Source of the DNA: Octopus sinensis
Lineage: Eukaryota
Direction: 5' to 3'
Assembly: GCF_006345805.1 (NCBI RefSeq)
Contig: NC_043003.1
Coordinates: forward strand, 63,240,001-63,304,000
Length of the DNA stretch: 64,000 nucleotides
The notes under the pieces: generated by a model
Told to the model about the DNA's origin: nothing
What the model saw: only the letters and a program-made list of their open reading frames with translations
The model's database searches: none
Translations under genes and position numbers: made by a program
Shown here: positions 50,340 through 61,659 of the stretch, one piece after another
Numbering within the stretch: the first letter of the stretch is position 1
Layout: each line of letters opens with the position of its first letter

Positions 50340-50770
50340 ATTATGTACCTTATTTATTTCTTTACTGCCCACAAGGGGCTAAACATAGAAGGAACAAACA
50401 AGGACAGACAAAGAGATTAAGTCGATTACATCGACTCCAGTGCGTAACTGGTACTTATTCAATCGACCCTGAAAGGATGAAAGGAAAAGTTGACCTCGGT
50501 GGAATTTGAACTTGGAACGTAGCGGCAGACAAAATACTTATTTCTTTACTACCCACAAGAGGCTAAACACAGAGAGGACAAATAAGGACTGACAAACGGA
50601 TTAAGTCAATTATATTGACCCCAGTGCATAACTGGTACTTATTTAATTAACCCCGAAAGGATGAAAGGCAAAGTCGACCTCAGCAGAATTTGAACTCAGA
50701 ACGTAACGGTAGACAAAATACCGCTAATCATTTCGCCCAGCATGCTAATGTTTCTGCCAGCTTGCTGCCC
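50340..50770 (-). mobile_element. Tandem dimer of SINE family A (alternative tail)
   Basis: Two units, each with TTTCTTTACT(G/A)CCCACAAG...GAAAGGATGAAAGG; the left unit has a truncated head. Confidence 0.85.
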
Positions 50771-51669
50771 TTGTACCTTATGAATATACAAAATTTTGTA
50801 CCTTATTTATATACAAAATATTACAATTAGCGGTCATTATTGACAGCGCTTGGTCAGCTAGTAAGTTAATAAGCATCTAAGGAAGGGGAGGAACATTTAT
50901 AGATAACAATATTAAAAATGTAATAAATGAATGAATGACTAAATGACAGGTAATAACTACAACCATAAAGAAGAAGAAAAGAAAAACATATTATACAAGA
51001 CAATTTGCACTGAAACAGGTTAAGTAATGTGATCTCCTTACTGATGAATTCCAAAGAAAGGTATGGAGTCACTGCATTTCTCATTGGGTCATAATGTTTT
51101 TGAATTCCAGAAAGTATCTATTAGGCTAATTCTCTGCTATTAAGCTGGAAGGTCATAAAAAGAACTAGTGGTAAACATTTATGCCAACTAAGATATATTA
51201 CAGGATTAGTTGTGGGAATTTTAATATCATTCGCAAAAGTAAATGGTAAAGGCAAAAACACTGATGCAGACATTGATATAGGTCTAATACCGCCACAACC
51301 ACGCTAAAAGTAATTAACATAACCTTAAATTAATAATAAAAATAATGATGATGGTGATGATGATGATGATGACGATACTGCAGCTGTTGCAACTACTACT
51401 AATACTACCTCTTATCCTCCTAGTACTACTTATCCTCCTCCTCTTCTTCCTCTCCTCCTCCTACAACAATGATGATGATGATGACGATTTTAAAACAAAC
51501 ATATAATTTTCTTCTTTTCTTAAACATTCTCGAGAACAATACTTTGTGCAAAACCAAAAATATGGCACCCTAGTCATAACACCAACTTGAACTCCTAACT
51601 TGATGTCTCTTGAGGTCTCTGGGTGAGATTTGGAGTCAACTTGTACAAATACAAAGTAAAAATCAAACA

Positions 51670-51719
<50 letters not shown>

Positions 51720-51720
<1 letters not shown>

Positions 51721-52300
51721 CACCTGTTTACTGATAGACATTGCAGTCTCTACTGATCAAAATGTTGTCCAAATGTAAGTGGAGAAATTGTCAAAGTACA
51801 AAGACCTTAAATTGAAGTATTCAAGATGTGCGGCATGAAGGTAAAAACAATACTAATAATAAGTGGAGCATTGGGTAAGATAAAAAAAAATACATGAACA
51901 AAAACGTAGAAGCTATACCTGGATCCTCAACACTTCACACAATCCAAAACCTATTCCTGCTAGGGACAGCCCACATCCTATGCAAGACACTATCAATTCA
52001 ATAATACAATCTAAACAAAACAACCCACAAACACAAGACACACTCTATACAGCAATTACCCAGGGAAATAAACTTTCACCGGCAAGTCATATAAAGAACA
52101 AATTACATACTCAATACACAACACAAGCAATGATACAACAAAAAGCTACACCACACTCCAAGAAAAAAAAAAACATTAACACAATACAAAACCAGGAAGA
52201 GTTTTGCACTCCCCAACAACAGAAAAGAATACACAATGCTGAACACACCCCAACAACATAGAGGTGTCAAAGATGATGCAGTAGAAATTTGCCTCAAACT
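51720..52300 (+). mobile_element. R4/Dong-like retrotransposon 3' end, unit 1
   Basis: Follows (AAT)n: TCLLIDIAVSTDQNVVQM*VEKLSKYKDL..MCGMKVKTILIISGALG..LLGTAHILCKTLSIQ*, then 3'UTR. Confidence 0.85.
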
Positions 52301-52413
52301 AACAAATGTTGAACAATTATATCTTTTATCTTTCATCTCTTACATATTTCAGTCATTAGACCACGGCCATGCTGGGGGCACTGCTTCGTGTAATAACAAC
52401 AACAACAACAACA

Positions 52414-52787
52414 ACAAGAGCACTCAGAGAGTGCAAACCTCCACCAAGGCAACACCTATGTTCTCTCAACAATTAGCCAGAGATGATTTTTAAAATGAGA
52501 ATATCTGAAATAAACTCGACTGCTCTCACAAACAGGAATACTAAAAGTGAAACCCACTGCCCTCAAAAATTATGTAAAAAAAAAGGGGAGAAATAATTCA
52601 GAATCCTTGTCCAGTACTGGATTGATCCTAAAATCTAATCAGTTTGTGCCAGTCATAAGGTCAAACATCCCTGAAAGTTTCATCCAAATCCATCCAGCAG
52701 TTCTTGAGATATTTTGTCCACAGACAAACAAACACACAACCATTACTGAAAACAATGCCTCCGCCTTCACGAAGGCAGAGGTAATAA
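52414..52787 (-). mobile_element. Helentron-associated interspersed element (HINE / DINE-1-like)
   Basis: Minus-strand 5' subTIR TTATTACCTCTGCC with nearby inverted partner (52758-52781), (TGTT)n/GTCT microsatellite, 3' subTIR TGGTGGAGGT and stem-loop GCACTC-N3-GAGTGC (52420-52434); TT-rich flanks. Confidence 0.75.
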
Positions 52788-52821
52788 TAGTAATGATGAT
52801 GATGATGGTGATAATAATAAT

Positions 52822-53035
52822 CCTTTTTACTGGAGGCACAAGGCTTCAAATTTGAGGGGAGGGGACTAGTCAATTACATCAACCCCAATGTTTCACTGGT
52901 ACTTAATTTATCGACTCCAAAAGGATGGGCAGCAAAGCTGACCTCAGCAGAATTTGAATTCACAGTATACAGACAGACGAAATGTCGCTAAACATTTTGC
53001 CTGGCATGCTAATGATTCTGCCAGCTCACCACCTT
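52822..53035 (-). mobile_element. SINE family A, full length
   Basis: Same modules as 1019-1233. Confidence 0.85.
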
Positions 53036-53086
53036 AATAATGATAACAACAACAACAATGATAATAATAATAATAATAATAATAAT

Positions 53087-53652
53087 CATCCTGAAGCTGT
53101 GACTGAGGGAGAAAATGTGTCGATTCTCTGGGACTTACCCATACATACCGACAAAACTATAAAAGCTAATAAATTGGATATTATTATAAAAGATCAGACA
53201 AAAAAGACGTGTTTATTAATTGACATGAGTATTCCTTGCGATCACAATATAATGGCGAAAGAATTTGACAAGATCAGTAAATATAAAGACTTGCTAATAG
53301 AAATTGGGTGGCATCTCAAGGCAACTACAGCACCAGTGATTGTAGGATCTCTAGGAATGATAAAAAAAACGGTACTGAAACCTATTTGAAAATGATACCA
53401 GGCTTACCATCCCTACAGGAAGTGCAAAAAATCATGTTAACTGGAATGGCTCATGTACTGAGAAGAGCATTAAAGTGGTGAAAACAACATCCATCCATGA
53501 ATTTATTTATTTATTAATTTTTTTAAATACATATTTTACCTGTGAATTTGTGTGTGTAATCTGGGAATTCATACATTGAGCTTCTCTGCCCTAGGTGTAC
53601 AGAAAATACTCGGTGAGAAATGGAAGAAAATTTGAAGAAAGAAGGAAAAGAA
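53087..53652 (+). mobile_element. R4/Dong-like retrotransposon 3' end, unit 2
   Basis: HPEAVTEGENVSILWDLPIHTDKTIKANKLDIIIKDQTKKTCLLIDMSIP..KEFDKISKYKDLLIEI..PVIVGSLG; frameshift; GLPSLQEVQKIMLTGMAHVLRRAL. Confidence 0.9.
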
Positions 53653-53675
53653 ATAATAATAATAGTAATAATAAT

Positions 53676-54280
53676 GACAAGACAATGTGGGGAGATATGT
53701 CTGATATGACAATGTGGCCAGATATGTCCACTGGCCATTGTGCAGTAAAGCAAACCTCTAGAGAGCTGAACAATGGTATGAACACAAACCAGGAGTAATA
53801 GAAAACAAACATTACAGAATACTCTGGCATTTTAACATACAGTGTGACCAAGTCATAGAGACGAGACGGCCAGATATCGTGATCGTCCATAAAGATGAAA
53901 AAGAACTAAAGATAATAGATGTTGCAATACCAAGCGATTCGAGGGTGAAATGTAAGGAAACAGAAAAGAGTGAGAAATACCAGCCACTGTGGAACGAGAT
54001 AGGAAAGTTATGGGGTATGAGGAAAGTAACGGTGATACCGGTGGTAATTGGATCATTAGGAGCAGTTTCCAAGTGCTTTGAAATATATATTAAGAATATT
54101 GGAGCTGCTGTCAGGCTCGAAGTGATCCAGAAGACAGCACTGTTGGGTACAGCTCGCATTCTAAGGAGAGTATTGTCATTTAGTGTCACAGTAGAAGGCA
54201 CTACTTGAAACCTTTGGTGTTTTTTATTGCCTGCTTTCAATTAAAGAACGCCCACAAATAGAAGAGCGAGAATCAAAACA
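53676..54280 (+). mobile_element. R4/Dong-like retrotransposon 3' end, unit 3
   Basis: DNVARYVHWPLC..EQWYEHKP..ENKHYRILWHFNIQCDQVIETRRPDIVIVHKDEKELKIIDVAIPSD..KETEKSEKY..QKTALLGTARILRRVL; PD-(D/E)xK RLE motif; (AAT)n on both sides. Confidence 0.9.
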
Positions 54281-54300
54281 ATAATAATAATAATAATAAT

Positions 54301-54709
54301 AGACAGGGTGTTTGAGCACCAAATTCCGGATATAGTAACCTTTAGGAGGGACAATGTGGCAGTGCCAGGAGATCAACATATCATCATGAAAGAAAGAGAA
54401 AAGGTTGATAGATATGGAGACCTGAGAATTGAGATCACTAAGATGTGGCAGCAACAAGAATCGAACATAAAGATTACTCCTATTGTCATCGGAGCATTGG
54501 GTTCAATACCACCCAATCTGAAAATCTTAGAAATACCCTACAATTTAGATAGATGTATTGCAAAAGTCGGCATTACTTGGAACTGCACACAATATGTAAA
54601 ATACTGTCTGTCTGAGGTCCTTGTTGTGATTTGACAAACAGTACAAACTCTGGGTGGACACAATATCTTCAATCAACAACCTCACAATATTGTATACTGT
54701 GCGATGTCT
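54301..54709 (+). mobile_element. R4/Dong-like retrotransposon 3' end, unit 4
   Basis: FEHQIPDIV..VAVPGDQHIIMKEREKVDRYGDLRIEITKMW..TPIVIGALGSIP..LQKSALLGTAH; (TAA)n on both sides. Confidence 0.85.
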
Positions 54710-54825
54710 ATAATAATAATAATGATAATTTGGTTTTTGAGAAATAAGAAATAAGTGAAATTTTACCAGTGAGTGTGTTAAATTATAAGGCACAAAAAGA
54801 AAATGACTCTCCCCAGACACAACAG

Positions 54826-54980
54826 AATAATAATAATAATAATAATAATAAAAGAAGAAGAAGAAGAGAAGAAGAAGAAGAAGAAGAAGAAGAAAAAGAA
54901 GAAGAAAAAGAAAAAAGAAAAAGAAAAAGAAAAAGAAGAAGAAGAAGAAGAAGAAGAAGAAGAAGAAGAAGAAGAAGATC
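54826..54980. repeat. (AAT)n followed by (GAA)n/(GAAAAA)n
   Basis: Direct inspection. Confidence 0.97.
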
Positions 54981-55410
54981 AACAACAAACATCAGTTGCA
55001 ACAAGTACAACAATAATAAGATTAATAAACATAATAGTTCTTAGTAATTTTGGCACAAGGCCAGCAATTTTGAGAGAAGGGGCAAGTTGATTGCAACATT
55101 CCCAGTACTTGACTAACTGATTTCTTATTTTCATTAATTTTTTTTTTTAAGATTTAATCCATCAGAAATAATGAAGGTAGCCAGAACAAAGGAAATTTGT
55201 TCTAAAGTACTACAGCAAGTTTTAAAATTTCAGCTGAAGTGCAGAAACATTCATGAAGGAGTTTCAAACAGATCCAAATACATGACTTACCCATCATTTG
55301 AATTAGAGCCAAGATTGAGACAGATGAGACTGGTCAAAATGTCCACAAAAACGTTCAGGAAGACCTCAGATATTTATGAGCCCTATCAAGAAAGGGTGCT
55401 GGAAATGTAT

Positions 55411-55626
55411 TCTTTTCTAATCTAGGCATAAGGCCCGAGATTTTTGGGGAGGGGGCCAGTCGATTAGATCGACCCCAGTACACAACTGGTTATAAATTTA
55501 TCAACCCTGAAAGGATGAAAGGCAAAATCAACCTTGGTGGAATTTGAACTCAGAACGTAAAGACAGACAAAATACCACTAAGCATTTCACCCGGCATGCT
55601 AATGTTTCTGCCAGCTCACAGCCTTT
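55411..55626 (-). mobile_element. SINE family A with 15-bp target-site duplication
   Basis: Flanked by GTGCTGGAAATGTAT (55396-55410) and GTGCTAGAAATGTAT (55627-55641). Confidence 0.9.
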
Positions 55627-56397
55627 GTGCTAGAAATGTATAGCTAGAGTTCAAGTAATTCTATGTGGCAAGCAATGAAATAGGAATTTCAAAATCAATT
55701 GTCCACCTTTTTTTGAAGTGCTGTTTCTGGAAAACTTAAATCCCAAGAATAGCCGATGCTCTCAATGAAGACGATCTGGACTGAAGAGTGAAGTTTGGTA
55801 AATGGTAATTTTCAAGACATGTAGAAAATGTACACGATAGCAAGGATTTTTGAAGTGATGAGGTTTCATTTAAATTTAGTGGCTCATTTAACTGTCCCAG
55901 TTGCACTTACTGGGGACCTGAGAATCAGTAAATTACAGGCGAACATGATGTTAATTTACCAGGGGTTACTGTATGGTGTTGCTTATCATCAAAAGAATTA
56001 ATTGGACCTTTTTTCTTTGAGGGTACTGTGATTAGTCCCTTTTATCTGCTGCAACAATATGTCATGCCAAGCATTCAAAGGGACTTTGAAGATATGGAGT
56101 TATATTTCCCATCAAGTTGAGGCACACCCACCACCAAAGTTGTGGTTTGGAAAAACAATTACAGTAGAATATTATCGCTGTTCACCAGACTTGATACAGA
56201 TTTTTTCATGTAAATATTTAAAATATTATGTTTATGGTACAAAACCAGCTACAGTTGACAAATCGAGGGCAGCCATTGAATGAGAATGCACACAAATACT
56301 GAGTGATATGCTTCCTTGTGCTAGCAATTCATCAGTTTGACAACAGACCTTCATTAAAATAATTAAATTCTGTCTGTAGAATGTATTAATTTTTTTA

Positions 56398-56613
56398 ATT
56401 TTCTACTCTAGGCACAAGGTTCAAAATTTTTTGGGGGGTGGGGAGCATTCGATTAGATTGACCCCAGTATGCAACAAGTACTTCCTTTATCGACCCCGAA
56501 AGGATGAAAGGCAAAGTCGACCTTGGCAGAATTTGAACTCGGAACGTAAAGACAGATGAAATACCGCTAAGCATTTCGCCCGGTGTGCTAACGTTTCTGC
56601 CAGCTTGCCGCCT
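56398..56613 (-). mobile_element. SINE family A, near-consensus copy
   Basis: CpG-rich: ATCGACCCCGAAAGGATGAAAGGCAAAGTCGACC...CATTTCGCCCGGTGTGC. Confidence 0.9.
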
Positions 56614-57034
56614 TTAAATTTTGAAAATGTAATGTATTTTAATAAACACTGATTTTATAATCATTTAATGTGTGTATACAATTCTTTTGTGACACCCTGT
56701 ATCTATGTGTGTATGTATATATATATATATATATATATGTGTATATGTAACATTTTCACATGTAAAGGAATTTTGAAACTTTACAGAATATTCCTGCAAG
56801 ATATCTGCCACAATTTATAGCCTAATTACTGATTTCTGTGAAAAGCTTTGCTTTTGACAAAGTCCTTAGAATACAAAGGAACCTTCTGGACATTTGATGA
56901 ATATTCTTTGAATTATAATCAATGCAAGGAGAACTAATGCTGCAAACTACTTCTTACGCTAGAGTTCGATGGGACTTTGACTCTCATGAAAGATAAAATG
57001 ATCGTGGCTTGCTTAAATGAGATGATAAACCATG

Positions 57035-57226
57035 TGGTGGAGATGATGGTGGTGGCAGTGGGGGGAAGTGGTGAGGGATATTGTTGTTATTATTATAGTT
57101 GTGATAACAGTAATAGTGGCAGTGGTGGATAATGAAGATGATGATGATGAAATTCGTGATGATAACGATGATGATGACGATGGTGTTGGTAGTGGTTGTA
57201 GTGGTGGTGAAGGTGATGATGATAAT

Positions 57227-57257
<31 letters not shown>

Positions 57258-57500
57258 ATGGTGGGGATCATTGTTCTCATTGTCGTGGTTGTGGTAATAG
57301 CAGTTGTGATGATGGTGGTGGTGGATGATGAAGATGATAACAACGATGGTGTTGGTAGTGGTGGTATTGATAGCAATGATGGCAAATATAACAACAATGG
57401 TAGTGGTGATGGTGGTGGTGGTGATGGTGGTAATGAATATGACGGTGGTGACATTGGTGCTAACGATATTGACAACTATGACGATGACGACGACGACAGA
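57035..57500. repeat. (GGT/GAT/GAC)n microsatellite mosaic
   Basis: Direct inspection. Confidence 0.95.
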
Positions 57501-58352
57501 AGAGAAAAAGATTAGAATGTTCAAGATATAACATAATTTCTTTCAGTTTGAACAATTTTTGCTTCACAGAAGGAAAACTTCAAAAGCAAAAAAAATCAAC
57601 AACAAAAAAAACACATTCTTTACATTTGATTGTTTTGTTTCAATAACTTCAGTGAAAGTCAACAATAATTCTTAAAGTTTTTGAAAAAAGAAGGCATTAT
57701 TGTATACATAATACCAAGTTAACAGTGACCTTTTCTGTTCTGTTATGTTCTACTTTAAAGGATGATCACATGAAATTCCATAGTTTTCATTAAGCTATAT
57801 GTCTCCAGGGTTTCTCCTGATAAAATTACATTGGTTTTTCTAAAGCATTATGGTGCTACCCAAAAGATAACAGTACCCAAAAGTATTCAGCGTGAAGGAA
57901 ATAATATCAGCAATTTGATATAATTTTAGCTGATTTTGAATTACAGGATTTGGCTTAAAGCATACATTACAAAACAAAATATTTTATCACTAACATAACA
58001 GTTCTTTAAATAGAAACTGGAGCCTTTCAATGAAGGACTTGCAGAAGGTTAATCCTGTTATTGCAAAATGATAACAATATCTAGTTGCAATGACCCTAAA
58101 GGAGAATATGAGATTCTTTTCTTTTGGTGTAAGCCGCAAAACAGAAAAACATAAAAAGCAAAAAAATCATTGTATGATAAATAAGCAGCAGAAATACGGG
58201 AAGTGTTCACAAAAATTTCTTCACTTATTTTTTAATACGATAATGACATTTAAGTTGCCTTTGTTTGTATCAATGAAAAAAAAAATGGCTAAAACATGTA
58301 TGCACTGAAAAATAACATTTTTTTATGAAGTATACGGTTATATTTGAAAGAA

Positions 58353-58664
58353 GGATTTTGAAGATAATTTCGTATAAAACATCGATTCATGGCTCTATAG
58401 TTCAGAAGTATGCTTCACAGTTTTGTGGTTTCAAGTTTGGTCTCACTGAGCAGCACCTTGGGCAAGGGTCCTTTACAATAGCCCCAGGCTGACCAGTGTC
58501 CTGTAAATGGATTTTGAAGATAATTTCATATAAAACATCGATTCATGGCTCTATGGTTCAGAAGTATGCTTCAGAGTTTTATAATTTCAAGTTTGGTCCC
58601 ACTGTATAGCACCTTGGGCATGTGTCCTTTACAATAGCCCCAGGCTGACCAGTGTCCTGTAAAT
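58353..58664 (+). repeat. Diverged 156-bp tandem duplication containing a SINE B head
   Basis: Units start GGATTTTGAAGATAATTTC at 58353 and 58509; a third GGATTT follows at 58664. Confidence 0.9.
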
Positions 58665-58705
58665 GGATTTGATTGGAAGACAATAAAAGAAACCCATCAC
58701 ATATA

Positions 58706-59160
58706 TCATGTCTTTTACTTCTTTCAGTCATTGGACTGTGGCTATGCTGGGGCACTGCCTTGAGTGGTTTCTAGAAAACCAGCCATGGAGCCTATATTTA
58801 AGTCTAGGACTTATTCTATCATTCTCTTTTGCTGAACAGCTAAGTTATCAACATCATCATCCAGTGTTGTAAATTCAGGTTTTGTCCATGTTAACGGGGG
58901 TGACCGGATCTAAGTTATGGAAACGTAAACAAACCAACACCAATTATCAAACAGTGAAGGAACAAAAACACACACACATGTGCTCACATACAAACACACA
59001 TGCGCACATAAATATATTTATGAAGGGTTTCCACACAGTTTCCATCTATTAAATCCACTAACAAGGCATTGGTCAGCTCAAGGTGCCATGCAATAGGACT
59101 GAACCTGAAACCACATGATTGCAAAGCAAGCTTCCTAACCACACAGTTATGTATGCACCC
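58706..59160 (-). mobile_element. SINE family B, full length, degenerate
   Basis: Tail CTTTTACTTCTTTCAGTCATTGG through head CCTAACCACACAG. Confidence 0.8.
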
Positions 59161-59189
59161 ATATTATTATATTGTTATTATTGTTGTTA

Positions 59190-59900
59190 TTGTAGTAGTG
59201 GACCTTCCATTTCATTCTATTTATAAAGTTTTTTCGCTGGTTAATTAGGTCCTGTATATATTCTTTCCTACTGGGAATCAGTATATCCTTCAAAGATGAG
59301 CTCCACTCTATCATCTCAATCCTACCTGAAAGATCCATTTCTGACATTAACAAGAAGTCCTAGTAGTAGAAGCAATTGTATGATTAATATAAATAATTTG
59401 GGAAAACAAATTTCCAAATCAATCAGGTGTATCCCTATAGCATTAAAGGAATCTACATATCATACTTTGGGGTCTTATTTGTCGTATATTTATATATTTA
59501 TCTATAAATATACAAAGTATCTGATAAAAGTCAGTATTCAGTTTTTGGGGATTAATCGATATGCGGGTATTCTATTTCAGATAATACAAAAATAACCTAA
59601 TGAGTATATCTGACAGTAAACTCATGGTATCAGTTTGCACATCATGAAATAACACTTAAAGGATATAACCTAAATTACCAGCTATATAATGTACTTCATT
59701 AATTATATACTTTAGTTAATACTTAATATTTTTTTCAAATCCTTCATATTTAATTAAATATGAAGGAACTACACATGTTTCAGTGTTGGAAGATTACAAT
59801 ATTCATACATATAAACAACAGTATACCTATACATATATAAATATATATATGCAATCATCAGATTTACAATTATTCCAACACATCTTCAGGTTCTATTTCA
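59190..59900 (-). mobile_element. Penelope-like element 5' region: hammerhead-bearing repeat plus N-terminal ORF remnant
   Basis: SLKDILIPSRKEYIQDLINQRKNFINRMKWKVHYY resembles the NIPIPS..Y...LI....F..RMRWKA.F N-terminus of Penelope-like ORFs; hammerhead about 450 nt upstream on the same strand. Confidence 0.65.
59766..59893 (-). ncRNA. Type I hammerhead ribozyme motif, conserved core intact
   Basis: GAAC-CUGAAGA-U-GUGUUGGAA-(long insert)-UUCCAACAC-U-GAAAC-AUGU-GUA/GUUC. Confidence 0.7.
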
Positions 59901-60643
59901 AAATATTATATAGCTAATTTCACATCACTTTAAAAATAAGCAATATACTACAAAATGAAAATAAACAAACGTGTATAAACAGGAGATACAAATATTACAG
60001 GCACTTCCCCCACACACACACAAACTAAACATAGACACACATAGAGGTATACGCATGCGCAAATGAAGACACATAGAATAGGAATACAAAATACAAAATG
60101 GCTGACCATTAGTAAGGAGAGACATACAAATAAGAAAGAAGAAAGCAAAGGACCACTGATGAGGTCACAGAAGTGTGACGAGAGAACTCTGGCCGAAATA
60201 AGATTAAGATTCATGTAAAAAATAAATGATGCTGAAGCAAATTAACACCAAATATATAGTGTGTGTGTTTTTATTGGCTAAACTGGCAAAATGACTATTC
60301 CTAAATACAACAACATAAGCAATATAGTTATGCATTAAAGATTAAAAATTACGAATTAGAAATTAAGAATAAAAATTAAAATTATACATATATATGACTA
60401 AACATGAACTACTATTGGAACTTACATACCATGTACAGGAAACTTTTTTACCACTTCTATACACCAATTTCCTCGAATAATGGAACTGCAACTACAATAT
60501 CTCTATATATTTTATATTTTCTTTGATCCAGCTACAATGGAGAGAAAGAAAGAAACACAAGTTAAGAGAAGAAAGATAGCTGATGGTCACGTGGGAGCCA
60601 CGTGAGCAAGGGAGGAAGAGTGAGGGATATATATATATGTGTT

Positions 60644-60700
<57 letters not shown>

Positions 60701-60929
60701 CATATATTTATTTATGCACACACATGCATACATATGTTGGTTGAGTCAGTCTCTTTCTAGCTTTGCCTGTGGGTACATGGGGTCTTCAGGTAAGTTGCAA
60801 CAACAGCTAACTAAATTTTATATATGTGTGTATGAGTGTGTGTACGTGTGTGTGTGTATGTCTTCGTCACTTGACAATCAGTGTTGTGTCATTTACGTCT
60901 TCATAACTTAGTGGTCCAATAAAAAAATG

Positions 60930-61307
60930 ATTTAGCTTGCTTACCAACCATGAGGTTCTGGTTTCAGTTTCACTGTGTGGCATCTTGGGCAAGTATCTTA
61001 TACTATAGCCTCAGGTCGACCAAAGCCTTGTGAGTGAATTTGGTAGACGGAAACTGAAAGAAGCCCGTCATATATATGTTTATATATATATATGTTAATG
61101 TGTGTATATGTTTGTGTGTCTGTCCCCCCTATATCGCTTGACAACCAATGCTGGTGTGTTTACATCCCCTTAACTTAGCGGTTCAGCAAAAGAGACTGAT
61201 AGGATAAGTACATGCTTACAAAGAATAAGTTCTGGGGTTGATTTGCTTGAGTAAACGCAGTGCTCCAGCATGGCCAGTCAAATGACTGAAACAAGTAAGA
61301 GAATAAA

Positions 61308-61310
<3 letters not shown>
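60930..61310 (+). mobile_element. SINE family B, near full length
   Basis: CTTGGGCAAGTATCTT CORE-like segment, internal (TA/TG)n, tail GACTGAAACAAGTAAGAG; extra 3' halves at 61415-61578 and 62375-62572. Confidence 0.85.
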
Positions 61311-61352
<42 letters not shown>

Positions 61353-61386
61353 CATGCATGCATATATATACATATACTATTTATAT

Positions 61387-61421
<35 letters not shown>

Positions 61422-61596
61422 CTGTGTTTGTCCCCTCTAATGCTGGTGTGTCTACAACCCCATAACTTAGCAGTTCAGCATAAGAGACTGATAGAATAAG
61501 TACTAGGGTCGATTTGCTCGACTAAAGGTGGTGCTCCAGTATGGCCACAGTCAAATGACTGAAACAAGTAAGAGAATGAAAGTATATATATATAAG

Positions 61597-61629
<33 letters not shown>

Positions 61630-61659
61630 CATCATCATCATCATATATATATATTATTA

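Larger units (their letters stand above)
55170..56701 (+). mobile_element. Decayed Tc1/mariner-superfamily element interrupted by two SINEs
   Basis: [98 protein letters not shown]; right TIR ATTCTTTTGTGACACCCTG|TA; left TIR not found. Confidence 0.85.

Noticed and set aside
55288-55400. Minus-strand segment with good AG and GTAAGT signals
   Set aside because: All three frames contain stops; it is the antisense of the Tc1-like transposase.
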